Shown here: piece after piece, positions 1-10,551 of the stretch
Numbering within the stretch: the stretch's first letter is position 1
How the letters are laid out: every line of letters begins with the position of its first letter
NCBI GenBank assembly: GCA_017459965.1
Contig: JAFUBW010000014.1
Span: 75,984 to 139,983 of the forward strand
DNA: 64,000 nt
Direction of reading: 5' to 3'
DNA from: Bacilli bacterium
GTDB lineage: Bacteria; Bacillota_I; Bacilli_A; RF39; UBA660
Made by a program: the position numbers and the translations under genes
Notes under the pieces: generated by a model
What the model was told of the DNA's origin: nothing
Databases searched by the model: none
The model's input: the letters and a program-made list of their open reading frames with translations, nothing else

Positions 1-2
1 TA

Positions 3-266
3 ATTTTTGAAATAATAAATAATAAGACAATTGATGAAATAAAAGAATCAATAATTAAGTATAAACTAAATAATATTGATTTAGATAGATTAGCAAGAGC
101 AATTTCTTCGGTATCAGAAAATAAAATAGAAGAATTTAGAAATAATAATAAATCATTTATGTTAGATAAATTATCATATTGGAATTATAAATATGATAAA
201 ATATCAAAAGCTATAAGTAAATCTAGAGAGGTAGAAAATTTTATATTAAGTTTAATTGAAAAATGA
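3..266 (+). CDS. 3' end of a CDS entering from upstream of the window (hypothetical)
   Basis: Frame is open from the window edge to TGA 264-266 (...SKSREVENFILSLIEK*). It is absent from the ORF track because the start lies outside the window. No recognisable motif. Confidence 0.35.
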   Translation: MFEIINNKTIDEIKESIIKYKLNNIDLDRLARAISSVSENKIEEFRNNNKSFMLDKLSYWNYKYDKISKAISKSREVENFILSLIEK

Positions 267-276
267 TGTTTTTACA

Positions 277-302
277 TTTTTTTCATTTTTTTAGGGGAAT
301 TT
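277..302 (+). promoter_or_regulatory. Conserved 26-nt upstream element, copy 1 (TTTTTTTCATTTTTTTAGGGGAATTT)
   Basis: An identical 26-mer recurs at 10526-10551. Both copies end about 40 nt before an ABC-transporter start codon and are followed by a similar CG(T/A)ATATA -10-like stretch. Confidence 0.5.
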
Positions 303-343
303 AATTATAAAAAAGCGTATATAATATATGAAAGGATGATATT

Positions 344-2674
344 ATGTTACAAATAAAAAATATTAAAAAAAGTTATAAAACAGGTAATTTTACCCAAATT
401 GCATTAAATAGTGTAAGTTTAAATTTTAAAAAGCATGAATTTGTATCAATACTTGGTCCATCTGGATCTGGTAAAACAACTCTTCTAAATATAATAGGAG
501 GTTTAGATAGATATGATTCAGGTGATTTGATTATAAAAGGTAAATCTACTAAGAAATTTAAAGATAAAGATTTTGATAGTTATAGAAATAAATCAGTAGG
601 TTTTATATTTCAAAATTATAATCTTATTAGCCATATAGATATTCTTTCTAATGTAGAAATGGGTATGACTTTATCAGGAAAAAGAAGAAAAGAAAGAAAA
701 AAAATAGCTAAATCATTATTAGAAAAAGTAGGGTTAAAAGATCATATGCATAAAAAGCCTAATCAGCTATCTGGTGGTCAAATGCAAAGAGTTGCAATTG
801 CAAGAGCACTTGCAAATAATCCTGAAATAATACTTGCAGATGAACCTACTGGGGCACTTGATTCAAAAACAAGTGATCAAATAATGAAACTTATAAAAGA
901 AATATCAAAAGATAAATTGGTTATAATGGTTACTCATAATGAAGAACTTGCTAAAATGTATTCAGATAGAATTATAAGTATGAAAGATGGCCAGGTAATA
1001 GGAGATACATCATTTAATAATGAAGAAAAAATAGATGAAGAATACAAATTAAAGAAGACAAAAATGAGTTTCTTTACTGCACTTCATTTATCACTTAATA
1101 ATATAAGAACTAAAAAAGGAAGAACAATTTTAACTTCCTTTGCATCCTCAATAGGTATAATAGGTATATCATTAATATTATCTTTATCTAATGGTTTTCA
1201 AAAACAAATTGATAAATTTGAAAGGGATACATCAGATGCAATGCCGGTTGTTATAACAAGTGCTAAAACAAGCGCATCTACAATACAAAGTAGTATGTCA
1301 TCACTTAATCCAACAGCTAAAACTGAAAATAAAAAATTTCCAAAAGATGAAAAAATATTAGTAGAAAATGATACAGAAGATGATGAATATAATAATATAA
1401 ATGATGATTTTATGAATCATATAAAAAATATTAAAGAAAATTATATTTCAAGTGTAGGCTTAAATTATGCAACTAAATTAAATTTAATACAAAAAATGGA
1501 TGATAAATATTATAATGTTGAAGAGGAACAAACCGCACTTGGTATACCAAAACTATCAATGATGCCATTTCCATTTAAGAGTTTTAATAATACTGAAACA
1601 AGTGAAGTAATAACAAATTATTATGATGTATTAAAAGGAAGACTTCCAAACGATAAATCAGAAATAATAATAGAAGTAGATAAAACTAATACAATATCAA
1701 ATGCACTAAAAAAAGCATTAGGATTATCAAATGATAATATATCATTTGATGACATAATTGGTAGTGACATGAAAGTTGTATATAATGATGATCTTTATAA
1801 TGAGACAATGGGATATTATTTGCCAAAACCAATAGATAAAACATTATATGAAAATCAAAATAATTTGACTCTAAAGGTAGTGGGTATAATAAGGGCAAAA
1901 GAATCTAAAGAAAACGTACTTCAATCAATGTCTGGAATATATTATACGACTGAATTATTAGAACACATAATGAATGTAAATAATGAATCTAAGATTGTAA
2001 AAAAACAAAAAGAAGTAGATTATAATGTACTAACTGGCTTAAAATTTGAAAATAATAAAAAAGGAGAAAGAGAAAAACAAACAATACTTGCTTATTTAGG
2101 TGAAAAATCTAATCCTACAAACATTAATCTTTATCCTAAAAATTTCGATACAAAAGATAAAATAATTGATTATATAGAAGAATATAATAAAACAAAACAA
2201 GAAAAGGATAAAATCGCATATTTAGATCAAGCAAAATTAATTACAAGTGTAACAGATGGAATAATGACTGGTATTACTACAGTACTTGTTGCATTCTCTT
2301 CAATATCACTTATAGTATCATCTATAATGATTGGAATAATTACTTATATATCAGTACTTGAAAGAACTAAAGAAATAGGTATATTAAGGAGTCTTGGAGC
2401 AAGAAAAAAAGATATCAGAAGAGTATTTAATGCTGAAACATTTATAATAGGATTATTTTCAGGTGTGCTAGGAATTATAATTTCCAGATTGTTGTTAATT
2501 CCAATTAATAGTATATTAAAGAATATAACAAATTTAGATAATGTTGCAATTATGGATATTAATTATTCAATTATATTAGTAACAATAAGTATAATACTTA
2601 CATTAATTGGCGGAGCAATACCATCTAAGATAGCATCTAAAAAAGATCCGGTTGAATCACTTAGAGTAGAATAA
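344..2674 (+). CDS. Fused ABC transporter ATP-binding/permease protein (MacB/FtsX type)
   Basis: N-terminal Walker A GPSGSGKTT, signature LSGGQMQRVAIARAL and Walker B ILADEPTGALD. C-terminal FtsX-like TM bundle with a large extracytoplasmic loop. SD GAAAGGATGAT upstream. Confidence 0.9.
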   Translation: MLQIKNIKKSYKTGNFTQIALNSVSLNFKKHEFVSILGPSGSGKTTLLNIIGGLDRYDSGDLIIKGKSTKKFKDKDFDSYRNKSVGFIFQNYNLISHIDILSNVEMGMTLSGKRRKERKKIAKSLLEKVGLKDHMHKKPNQLSGGQMQRVAIARALANNPEIILADEPTGALDSKTSDQIMKLIKEISKDKLVIMVTHNEELAKMYSDRIISMKDGQVIGDTSFNNEEKIDEEYKLKKTKMSFFTALHLSLNNIRTKKGRTILTSFASSIGIIGISLILSLSNGFQKQIDKFERDTSDAMPVVITSAKTSASTIQSSMSSLNPTAKTENKKFPKDEKILVENDTEDDEYNNINDDFMNHIKNIKENYISSVGLNYATKLNLIQKMDDKYYNVEEEQTALGIPKLSMMPFPFKSFNNTETSEVITNYYDVLKGRLPNDKSEIIIEVDKTNTISNALKKALGLSNDNISFDDIIGSDMKVVYNDDLYNETMGYYLPKPIDKTLYENQNNLTLKVVGIIRAKESKENVLQSMSGIYYTTELLEHIMNVNNESKIVKKQKEVDYNVLTGLKFENNKKGEREKQTILAYLGEKSNPTNINLYPKNFDTKDKIIDYIEEYNKTKQEKDKIAYLDQAKLITSVTDGIMTGITTVLVAFSSISLIVSSIMIGIITYISVLERTKEIGILRSLGARKKDIRRVFNAETFIIGLFSGVLGIIISRLLLIPINSILKNITNLDNVAIMDINYSIILVTISIILTLIGGAIPSKIASKKDPVESLRVE

Positions 2675-2677
2675 AAA

Positions 2678-2706
2678 AATAAGAGAATTATCTCTTATTT
2701 TTTTTT
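2678..2706. terminator. Bidirectional rho-independent terminator
   Basis: AATAAGAGA-atta-TCTCTTATT stem flanked by an A-run and a T-run, between convergent genes. Confidence 0.7.
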
Positions 2707-3015
2707 GTATATTAATTTTTTTCCATTTTCTTTTTTATATAAACGAATATTATTTATATGTCGATTGCTAATAGAAAATTCAAGCGAATAATAATTATTT
2801 TCTGATATTTTAAAAATTTTACCAGATACAAATATAGTATTAGTATACATTCTTTCATTATTTATATCATCGAATATATACATATTATAATCTCTATCAT
2901 ATTTTACACTAAATCCTAGTTTTTTTAATAATTCTTTTGATTTATCATCAATACTTTTTAATTTTATTTTACCAATTAATTCTTTTTTCTTTCTATATAT
3001 TTGATTTTTATTCAC
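2695..3015 (-). CDS. Hypothetical protein (106 aa)
   Basis: GTG start preceded by AGAGGAG on the minus strand. Only convincing minus-strand gene in the window. No motif recognised. Confidence 0.55.
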   Translation of the reverse strand: MNKNQIYRKKKELIGKIKLKSIDDKSKELLKKLGFSVKYDRDYNMYIFDDINNERMYTNTIFVSGKIFKISENNYYSLEFSISNRHINNIRLYKKENGKKLIYKKK

Positions 3016-3112
3016 AGTAATTACTCCTCTCGGTGAGATACATTATATCATAAAGAATCAAAAAAGTGAATAAAATATTTATTTTTCACCAAAAGAATTA
3101 TAGGTGATTATA

Positions 3113-3889
3113 ATGGCAAAACATAAAGTGGAAATAACAGGTATTAAAACAAGTGAGTTAAAAGTATTAAACCAAGAAGAACAAGTCAAATTATTTAAGA
3201 GAATGAATGATGGGGATATTAATGCAAGAGATGAATTAATAAATGGTAATTTAAAATTGGTTTTAAGCATATTAAAGAAATTTATTAATAGATGTGATAA
3301 TATGGATGATTTATTTCAAATTGGGTGTATTGGATTAATTAAAGCAATTGATAATTTTGATTTAAGTTATAATGTTAAATTTTCTACATATGCGGTACCA
3401 ATGATTGTAGGTGAAGTAAAAAGGCATCTAAGAGATGATAGTATAATAAGAATTTCAAGAAGTATAAAAGATATTGCATATAAAACATTAAAAGCTAAAG
3501 AACAATTTATGTTAGAACATGGAAGAGAAGCAACTATAAAAGAAATATCAAATATGATTGAAATTGATGAAATAGATATAATTTGTGCGCTTGAGGCAAC
3601 TAAAGGTACTGTAAGTATGTTTGAACCAATATATAATGATGGAGGAGAAACAATATATTTGTTTGATCAAATAGAAAATCCCAATGAATCTAGTAATAAA
3701 TGGAATACTAAAATAATATTATCAGATGCAATAAAAAAATTAAAAGAAAAAGAACAATTTATTATTTATCAAAGATATTTAATAGGAAAAACTCAAATGG
3801 AAATAAGCGAAGAATTAGGAATATCACAAGCTCAAGTGTCTAGAATTGAAAAAAATGCATTAAATAATGTAAAAAAATTAATAAAATAG
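3113..3889 (+). CDS. sigG: Sporulation sigma factor SigG
   Basis: Collinear with remembered B. subtilis SigG: VEITGIKTSELKVL, DDLFQIGCIGLIKAIDNFD, KFSTYAVPMIVGE, FEPIYNDGGETIY, GKTQMEISEELGISQAQVSRIEK. Start moved to the ATG after AGGTGAT (track start 3104). Confidence 0.85.
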   Translation: MAKHKVEITGIKTSELKVLNQEEQVKLFKRMNDGDINARDELINGNLKLVLSILKKFINRCDNMDDLFQIGCIGLIKAIDNFDLSYNVKFSTYAVPMIVGEVKRHLRDDSIIRISRSIKDIAYKTLKAKEQFMLEHGREATIKEISNMIEIDEIDIICALEATKGTVSMFEPIYNDGGETIYLFDQIENPNESSNKWNTKIILSDAIKKLKEKEQFIIYQRYLIGKTQMEISEELGISQAQVSRIEKNALNNVKKLIK

Positions 3890-3945
3890 TTTGATTTTAA
3901 TAATATATATGTTAAAATATTTCTTACCGAAAAGGAGATAAGAGT

Positions 3946-4935
3946 ATGTATAGTGTTTATTATGATAATAATACAAGAACAAAAAAATATTTAATATTAT
4001 TTTCTTTATTTCTTGAAAATAAAGATCTAAATTGTGAAGAATTTATAAATAAAATAAATAAATCATTAAATACTAAATATGATTTGTCTGATTTAAAAAA
4101 TATAATTAAACAAATAAGAATGAGTCATTCAGTTTCTAAAGCAGAAACTATGAATGATATACTTAATTATGTAATTTCTAATAATACCGATGATAAATTA
4201 AAGGAAAAATTAGAAAACTTAGATAAAAAATTTTTCTATATGAAAAAAGGTAGCTTATGTTCAGGAAATATAAATAAAAATAAAGAATTAGAAAAAGAAA
4301 AATTAATTAAAGATATAAATAGTCAAATGGATTTGATTATATCAAAAGAAAAATCAGGAGAATCTGGATTAATATCAAAAGTTAAATCGAATATAAAATA
4401 TATAGATTTTGAAAAGTATATAGATTTTTTAGAAACTAATTTCAATATACAAGCCACTTCAAAAAAAGAATTAGAACAATTTTTAGAAGTAATAAATTAT
4501 TTTATAACTAATTTAGAAAATAATTTATATAAATTAAATTTTCTTAATCCAGATAAAAATGAAGATCAAATAAGAAATTTTCATGTTTCAAATGAAGAAA
4601 AATTATCAGAGTATTATACAAACAATATTTTAAGATTATATAAATGGAAGAAACAAACTATAGAAAGTTTATTAGATAAGTATAATAATATAAAAGAAAC
4701 AATAGAAATAATTATAAAAAATAATAATTTAAAAGAATTTAAAACTTTAAAATATACTGAATTAGATATAATAAAAGATAACGAGGAATTTGTATATAAT
4801 TATTATAAAGATTTATATGAAATGAAAAAAGTATACGAGAAACATGTAAATTCATTATATACAATAAATGATAAAGATAAAAAAACAATTGATGAGTTGT
4901 TTACAAAAAAATTATTATTAGAAAATGACAAATAG
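3946..4935 (+). CDS. Hypothetical protein (329 aa, K/N/E-rich)
   Basis: Long ORF with SD AAAGGAG. No motif recognised. Confidence 0.6.
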   Translation: MYSVYYDNNTRTKKYLILFSLFLENKDLNCEEFINKINKSLNTKYDLSDLKNIIKQIRMSHSVSKAETMNDILNYVISNNTDDKLKEKLENLDKKFFYMKKGSLCSGNINKNKELEKEKLIKDINSQMDLIISKEKSGESGLISKVKSNIKYIDFEKYIDFLETNFNIQATSKKELEQFLEVINYFITNLENNLYKLNFLNPDKNEDQIRNFHVSNEEKLSEYYTNNILRLYKWKKQTIESLLDKYNNIKETIEIIIKNNNLKEFKTLKYTELDIIKDNEEFVYNYYKDLYEMKKVYEKHVNSLYTINDKDKKTIDELFTKKLLLENDK

Positions 4936-4978
4936 TTATTTTCTTTTTTTTATATAATATAATTTATTAGGTGATTTT

Positions 4979-5209
4979 ATGAGATTATCAGAAATACAAA
5001 ATAAAGATGTGATAAATATGTTAGGAATTAAACTTGGTAATATTATAGATGTTAAAGTAAATTCAGAAACTGGTAAAATAGAGTCTTTTATTTTAGAAAA
5101 GAAAAAATTTTCATCATTTTTTTCAAACAACGAAGAAATAGAAATATATTATGATCAAATAAAAAAAATAGGGGAAGATGTAATTTTAGTGGAAAGTTCT
5201 AAAATATAG
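4979..5209 (+). CDS. YlmC/YmxH-family (PRC-barrel) sporulation protein
   Basis: MRLSEIQNKDVIN...LGNIIDV...TGKIESFIL resembles the YlmC/YmxH family. Position near sigG matches Bacillus synteny. Confidence 0.6.
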   Translation: MRLSEIQNKDVINMLGIKLGNIIDVKVNSETGKIESFILEKKKFSSFFSNNEEIEIYYDQIKKIGEDVILVESSKI

Positions 5210-5234
5210 TGTTATAATTATAATGGAGGTAAGA

Positions 5235-6251
5235 ATGAATAAGGAAAGAAAATTATTAATTTGGTCAATTGTTTTTGTAATATTTTACATGTTATTTGAT
5301 TATTTTATTTTAAGTAAAATTGATTTATCACAATTTATGCAAAATCAAAATATAAATGTTGATCTTAATTCAAAATATGATGTTGTTAATTACGTAATAA
5401 ATATAATCGGTATTATTTATTTTGTTTTTTTAATATTTAATAAAAAAATAGATTTAAATAATCATTCAAAAGGGATTTTAATATATTCAATTATATTTTT
5501 TATGTTTAGTAATATAATTTCAGGTATTTTAGGATTTGTTGCCTATAGTGATTTAGACAAAAAAAGAAATAAACAAAAAAGAGAATTACCAGTTATTGAA
5601 TATAAAGAATTTACTAATAAATATATTTGTTTAGTTGCATTTATAATTTGTCTAGTAATAATGTTTGTTGTATCAAAATATGTAAGTGGATTATTTGGAA
5701 TGATATTAATTTATTTATCAATATTAATATTAATGGTAATAGTATTTAGAAAACAATTAATACATGATTTTAAAATATTTAAAGAGTATTTTAGAGAATA
5801 TATATCTTTAACAGCAAAAACATGGTTAAAGTCATTAGTAGTTATGATGATTTTAGGTATTATAATTCAATTAGTTACTAATACCAGTCAATCTAATAAT
5901 CAACAAACTCTTCAAAAAATATTTAATTCATATCCAATTTTAATTGCATTATTATCTATGTTATATGCGCCTTTTGCTGAGGAATTAATGTTTAGAGGGG
6001 TAATAAGAAAATTTATAAAAAGTAGATATTTATTTATAATAATTAGTGGTGTATTATTTGGATTATTACATGTAATAGATGATTCTAAAACACTAGCAGA
6101 ATTTTCATATGTATTAGTTTATTCATCATTAGGTATGTTTTTAGCAAGTCTTTATTATAAAACTAATAATTTATTTACTAATATATCATTTCATTTTATG
6201 CAGAATACTTTAGGAGTTATTGGAATGATTTTATTATACTTTATTAAATAG
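5235..6251 (+). CDS. CPBP-family intramembrane glutamic endopeptidase (CAAX protease-like)
   Basis: Multi-TM protein with the PFAEELMFRG (EExxxR), FGLLH and HFMQN motifs. Start set at the ATG after GGAGG. Confidence 0.75.
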   Translation: MNKERKLLIWSIVFVIFYMLFDYFILSKIDLSQFMQNQNINVDLNSKYDVVNYVINIIGIIYFVFLIFNKKIDLNNHSKGILIYSIIFFMFSNIISGILGFVAYSDLDKKRNKQKRELPVIEYKEFTNKYICLVAFIICLVIMFVVSKYVSGLFGMILIYLSILILMVIVFRKQLIHDFKIFKEYFREYISLTAKTWLKSLVVMMILGIIIQLVTNTSQSNNQQTLQKIFNSYPILIALLSMLYAPFAEELMFRGVIRKFIKSRYLFIIISGVLFGLLHVIDDSKTLAEFSYVLVYSSLGMFLASLYYKTNNLFTNISFHFMQNTLGVIGMILLYFIK

Positions 6252-6325
6252 ACTTAATGTCTATTTTTTTGTACTATTTAATTATTATTAATCATATATT
6301 TTACTAGTAGATATATGAAAGGAAA

Positions 6326-6826
6326 ATGATTATGATTAATAAACAAAGTATTTTACTTTTAACATTATTTAGTTTAATTTTGGTTCTTAGTGTATATTAT
6401 ATTACAATGCCAAGCGAATTTGATGTAAAAGCAAGTAATACAATAAAACAAAATACAAAACAAGTAAATAAAGAAAATGAAAATGAAGTTATATCTACCT
6501 TAAAAGTAGAAAGAGAAGAAGAAAGAGATAAGAAGATAAAAGAACTTCAAACAACTCTTACAAAAGATGATGCGACTTCTGAAGAAAAAAACAATGCCTA
6601 TGAAGAATTAAAAAGTATTAATCTATTAAAAGGAAAAGAAGAGGAAATAAGTAATAAAATCACAAAACAATTAAAACTTGAAAATTTTGTTCAAATAAAA
6701 GATGATCAAATAAGAGTAGTATTAATAAAGGAAAATCATGATAAAAAACTAGCTAATGAGGTTATGAATTTAGTACAGAGTTTTTTTGATAATAAAATGT
6801 ATATATCTGTAAAATTTCAAAAATAA
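6326..6826 (+). CDS. spoIIIAH: SpoIIIAH-like stage III sporulation protein
   Basis: N-terminus KQSILLLTLFSLILVLSVYYITMP resembles the SpoIIIAH anchor (..LLTMLSL.VVLSVYY..), followed by a charged linker and a C-terminal domain. Confidence 0.5.
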   Translation: MIMINKQSILLLTLFSLILVLSVYYITMPSEFDVKASNTIKQNTKQVNKENENEVISTLKVEREEERDKKIKELQTTLTKDDATSEEKNNAYEELKSINLLKGKEEEISNKITKQLKLENFVQIKDDQIRVVLIKENHDKKLANEVMNLVQSFFDNKMYISVKFQK

Positions 6827-6922
6827 CTAATAATATAGTTATTTTTTATAACATATTTATTTTTTTCTCATAAGATAATATGAGTAATTATATACACCTC
6901 TTATGAGAAAGGAGTACATAAA

Positions 6923-7129
6923 ATGAACAAAGGAATACTTACAAAAAGGGAAAGAGAAGTATTTGAACTATTAATAAAAAACAATTCAACATTAGATATT
7001 GCTAATATATTAAATATCAGTGAAAAGACAGTTAGAAATCATATATCAAATGTTATACAAAAACTCGGTGTTAAAGGAAGAAGTGGAGCAGTTGTAGAGT
7101 TACTTAAATTAAATGAGATTTCTTTATAA
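6923..7129 (+). CDS. gerE: GerE, LuxR-type HTH sporulation regulator
   Basis: LTKREREVFELL...ISEKTVRNHISNVIQKLGVKGRSGAVVELL is nearly collinear with remembered B. subtilis GerE. Length is 68 aa. Confidence 0.85.
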   Translation: MNKGILTKREREVFELLIKNNSTLDIANILNISEKTVRNHISNVIQKLGVKGRSGAVVELLKLNEISL

Positions 7130-7177
7130 GAAACTCATTTTTTTAAAATAAATGCATATAATGTTTTAGGTGATATT

Positions 7178-8107
7178 ATGATAAAAAGATTTTCTCTTAA
7201 AAAGATTAGTAAATATACTGTTTTATTACTTGTAGTTTTTTTATTTTATTTATTTCCAACAAGAGAAGATTATGTTATCAGTAAAGAGGTAAATGCCAAT
7301 GTAAAAGCATCTCTTCATGATGTATTTTTACTTGACAAAAATAATTATATATCTAAAACAACTATAGAAGTATCATCTTTAAATAATGATAAATTGATAG
7401 ATGAATTAATTGAAATAATGATTTTGGATGGTAAGTATCAAGATAAAATACCTAATGGATTTAAACCTGTATTACCAGTTGATACAAAATTATTAGATAA
7501 GCAGATTGACAATAATAATATTGTTTTGAATTTTAATAAAGAGTTATTAGATACTAAAATAGATATGGAAGAAAAAATAATTGAGGCATTAATATATACT
7601 ATGACATCAATTGAAGGAATTGATACAGTAACAATAAAAATAGATGGTAATGTTTTAACGAAACTTCCTAAAAGTGGTAAATTAATAGATAAACAATTAA
7701 ATAGAAATTATGGTATTAATAAAAAATATGATATTAAAACAATTAAAAATGTATCAAAAGTAACAATATATTATATTTCTAAAACAAACAATGATAATAT
7801 ATATTATGTTCCAGTAACAAAATATATAAATAATAATGATGATAAAATAAAAATTATTATTGATGAATTAACTAGTAAAATATCATATGAAACAAATTTA
7901 ATGAGTTATTTAAACTATAATACAAAATTATTAGATTACAGTTTTAATGATGATGAAATAGATTTAAATTTTAATGAATTTTTGTTTGATAATGAACAAA
8001 ATAAAAAAGTATTAGAAGAAGTTATTTATAGCATATCTTATTCTGTAGAAGACACATATAATGTAAGTAAAATTAATTTTTATGTAAATAATAAAGAAAT
8101 TAAATAA
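7178..8107 (+). CDS. GerM-like germination/sporulation lipoprotein-type protein
   Basis: N-terminal anchor followed by two repeated beta-rich modules (VTIYYIS...YYVPVTKYI). Sporulation gene neighbourhood. Confidence 0.5.
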   Translation: MIKRFSLKKISKYTVLLLVVFLFYLFPTREDYVISKEVNANVKASLHDVFLLDKNNYISKTTIEVSSLNNDKLIDELIEIMILDGKYQDKIPNGFKPVLPVDTKLLDKQIDNNNIVLNFNKELLDTKIDMEEKIIEALIYTMTSIEGIDTVTIKIDGNVLTKLPKSGKLIDKQLNRNYGINKKYDIKTIKNVSKVTIYYISKTNNDNIYYVPVTKYINNNDDKIKIIIDELTSKISYETNLMSYLNYNTKLLDYSFNDDEIDLNFNEFLFDNEQNKKVLEEVIYSISYSVEDTYNVSKINFYVNNKEIK

Positions 8108-8113
8108 TTTTAC

Positions 8114-8142
8114 TTGAAAAAATAAAAAAAGTATTTTATAAT
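8114..8142 (+). promoter_or_regulatory. Sigma-A-type promoter for the tRNA
   Basis: TTGAAA, 17-nt spacer, TATAAT, ending about 29 nt upstream of the tRNA 5' end. Confidence 0.6.
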
Positions 8143-8170
8143 ATATTTGTCCTTGAAAAAGGATACCTGT

Positions 8171-8247
<77 letters not shown>

Positions 8248-8280
8248 GTTTGGTAGAAAACTCGAATTATTCGGGTTGTA

Positions 8281-8309
8281 AAAACTAACTTTTAAAGTTA
8301 GTTTTTTTT
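8281..8309 (+). terminator. Rho-independent terminator after the tRNA
   Basis: AAAACTAACTT-tta-AAGTTAGTTTT perfect 11-bp stem followed by a T-run. Confidence 0.8.
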
Positions 8310-8360
8310 GACTTTTTTTATTTTTTTAGTATAATAATAAGGCAAATCAGAGGTGGTTTT

Positions 8361-9290
8361 ATGCCAGATAATAAATATAATTATACTAGAAGAGATTCTA
8401 ATGTTAAGTTAAAAGAGTGTTATAAAAAAATAATTAATTCAAATGATCCAGTTGAAATTGAGAATATTATAAAAGAAAGTAATTATCCTTATGGACAAAT
8501 AAAATCTAATTTTTATTTTTATTCTAAATATTTTTCTAAGGAAGAACAAGATATATTTAATAATAAATTTCAGAAATATTTGGAATATCATAAAATCATT
8601 ACTAAAAAAAATTCTAAAGAAAGAATAGAAAAAATAAAACAAGAAAGACTACAAAATGCGATTAATGTATTAGAATTATATTTTAATAATATTGATAATG
8701 ATTTAAATAAATTTTTAACAGAAAATAATTTAACAAAAACTAGTTTCGATAGTTATTTAAAAGTTGTAAAAAATAATAATACTGAATTATACGAAAAATA
8801 TATTAATCATATAAATAGAATAGACGAATATAATGATATAGAATTAATTATAAAGCAGTTTGCAGATAAATTAGAAAATGGTTATGTATTAAATGATAAA
8901 AAAAGGGATTTTGATGTTTTAGATTATTTTAGTTTATTAAATATTCCTATTAAGAATATTTATAAAATAAGTTCTCCATATTTAAATCAAAAACAATTAT
9001 TACTCGTAAAAAAATTTATGATTAATAATCAAAATTCCGATGTTGAAAATGAATCTGATATAAAGGTGATTAGAGAAGAAAAAAGAATCTTTGGATTGGA
9101 GTATGACAAATTTGGTAAAATTATTGAAGGGTCAGGTAGAGAAATTACAAAAGAAGAAACAGAAAAAATCATTAATTATTTAACCGACAATGAAATACCT
9201 TTAAATAGAAAAACATATAATGCCGCCTTAAAAAGATATTTGAATAATTATATATCTTTTGAAGAAACAAAAAAATTAAAGTTAAATTAA
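8361..9290 (+). CDS. Hypothetical protein (309 aa)
   Basis: SD AGAGGTGG and an upstream TAGTATAAT -10 box. No motif recognised. Confidence 0.6.
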   Translation: MPDNKYNYTRRDSNVKLKECYKKIINSNDPVEIENIIKESNYPYGQIKSNFYFYSKYFSKEEQDIFNNKFQKYLEYHKIITKKNSKERIEKIKQERLQNAINVLELYFNNIDNDLNKFLTENNLTKTSFDSYLKVVKNNNTELYEKYINHINRIDEYNDIELIIKQFADKLENGYVLNDKKRDFDVLDYFSLLNIPIKNIYKISSPYLNQKQLLLVKKFMINNQNSDVENESDIKVIREEKRIFGLEYDKFGKIIEGSGREITKEETEKIINYLTDNEIPLNRKTYNAALKRYLNNYISFEETKKLKLN

Positions 9291-9349
9291 AAGAACAATA
9301 TGTTCTTTTTTTTAATTTTTAATTATGATATAATTAAATTGGTGATAAT

Positions 9350-9931
9350 ATGAGTAAAAAAATAGATTCTTTTAAAACTGAAATAAATTATATTAAAAAT
9401 GATAAATATAAAAAAAGTGCTGAAGAATTGATTGATTTGTTGCCTGATTATTTTTTTGAAGTAGCTGCTTCATCAACTGGTAAATATCATCCATCTTTTT
9501 CACTTGGTGATGGTGGACTTTTAAGACATACAAAAGCATTAGTTAGAATAGGTATAGAACTTATGAATAACGAATCTATAGGTCATAAATTTACAAATGA
9601 TGAAAAAGATTTGTTGATAATATCAATGATAATGCACGATGGATTAAAACATGGAAAAGAATATTCTGAGTACACTAAATTTGAACATCCAATTATAGTT
9701 TGTGACTATATTAAAGAAAATAAAGATAAATTATCACTAAACGATGATGAAATAGAATTTATATGTAAAGTTATTTCGTCACATATGGGTCAGTGGAATA
9801 CAAGCCCTTATTCTGATGTTGTTTTACCACTTCCAAAAGACAAATATCAAAGATTTGTACATATGTGTGATTTTTTAGCAAGTAGAAAATTTTTAGATAT
9901 AAAATTTAAAGATAATGATATAATTGAATAA
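9350..9931 (+). CDS. HD-domain metal-dependent phosphohydrolase
   Basis: H...HD...D pattern: GKYHP, LLRHT, IMHDGLKHG, SSHMG, MCDFLASR. Confidence 0.7.
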   Translation: MSKKIDSFKTEINYIKNDKYKKSAEELIDLLPDYFFEVAASSTGKYHPSFSLGDGGLLRHTKALVRIGIELMNNESIGHKFTNDEKDLLIISMIMHDGLKHGKEYSEYTKFEHPIIVCDYIKENKDKLSLNDDEIEFICKVISSHMGQWNTSPYSDVVLPLPKDKYQRFVHMCDFLASRKFLDIKFKDNDIIE

Positions 9932-9944
9932 AAAGGAGATTACT

Positions 9945-10508
9945 ATGAATAAAAAATTATTAAAATGGTTTATAATATTACTACCAGCGATTGCAATTTT
10001 ATTATTTTTACTAATAATTGCACTTATACCTAATAAGACAGAAGAATTACCAAAAATAAAATATAAAGATTTTACTACAAAAGATTCAAGAGTTACTTTT
10101 TCTTTAGATGAAAAGTATAAACAAGAGGAAAAAGGAGAATATGATTTATATTTAAATTATAATAATGAAAAAATAGTAGGAGTTTTTACTTATAACTTAA
10201 ATGAATATGAACAAAATAGTAGTAAAGAAATATTAGATAATAGAGCAAGGAGTTTTTTATCTACAAAACAAAATATGAAATTATTTAAAAAAGAAACTAA
10301 AACAGAATTAGAAGATAAAACAATAACAACAGTAGAATATTCAGGTAAAACAGATAAATCTTCAGAGTGTGTTTATATTATATCTGTTATTGATTTTAAA
10401 AATGATCCTAATTATGTTGTATATATTAATGAAGTTATCTTAAAAAATCAATATGAGTTGAATATTAGAGAGATGAATAATATATTACAAAGTGCAAAAC
10501 TAAATTAA
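9945..10508 (+). CDS. Membrane-anchored hypothetical protein
   Basis: Start set at the ATG after AAAGGAG (track start 9924 is TTG). Single N-terminal TM (WFIILLPAIAILLFLLIIALIP) and an extracytoplasmic domain. Confidence 0.6.
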   Translation: MNKKLLKWFIILLPAIAILLFLLIIALIPNKTEELPKIKYKDFTTKDSRVTFSLDEKYKQEEKGEYDLYLNYNNEKIVGVFTYNLNEYEQNSSKEILDNRARSFLSTKQNMKLFKKETKTELEDKTITTVEYSGKTDKSSECVYIISVIDFKNDPNYVVYINEVILKNQYELNIREMNNILQSAKLN

Positions 10509-10525
10509 AAATTTAGTTTTTTTAT

Positions 10526-10551
10526 TTTTTTTCATTTTTTTAGGGGAATTT
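10526..10551 (+). promoter_or_regulatory. Conserved 26-nt upstream element, copy 2
   Basis: Identical to 277-302. Lies 39 nt upstream of the ATG at 10590. TTGACG sits just downstream at 10559-10564. Confidence 0.5.
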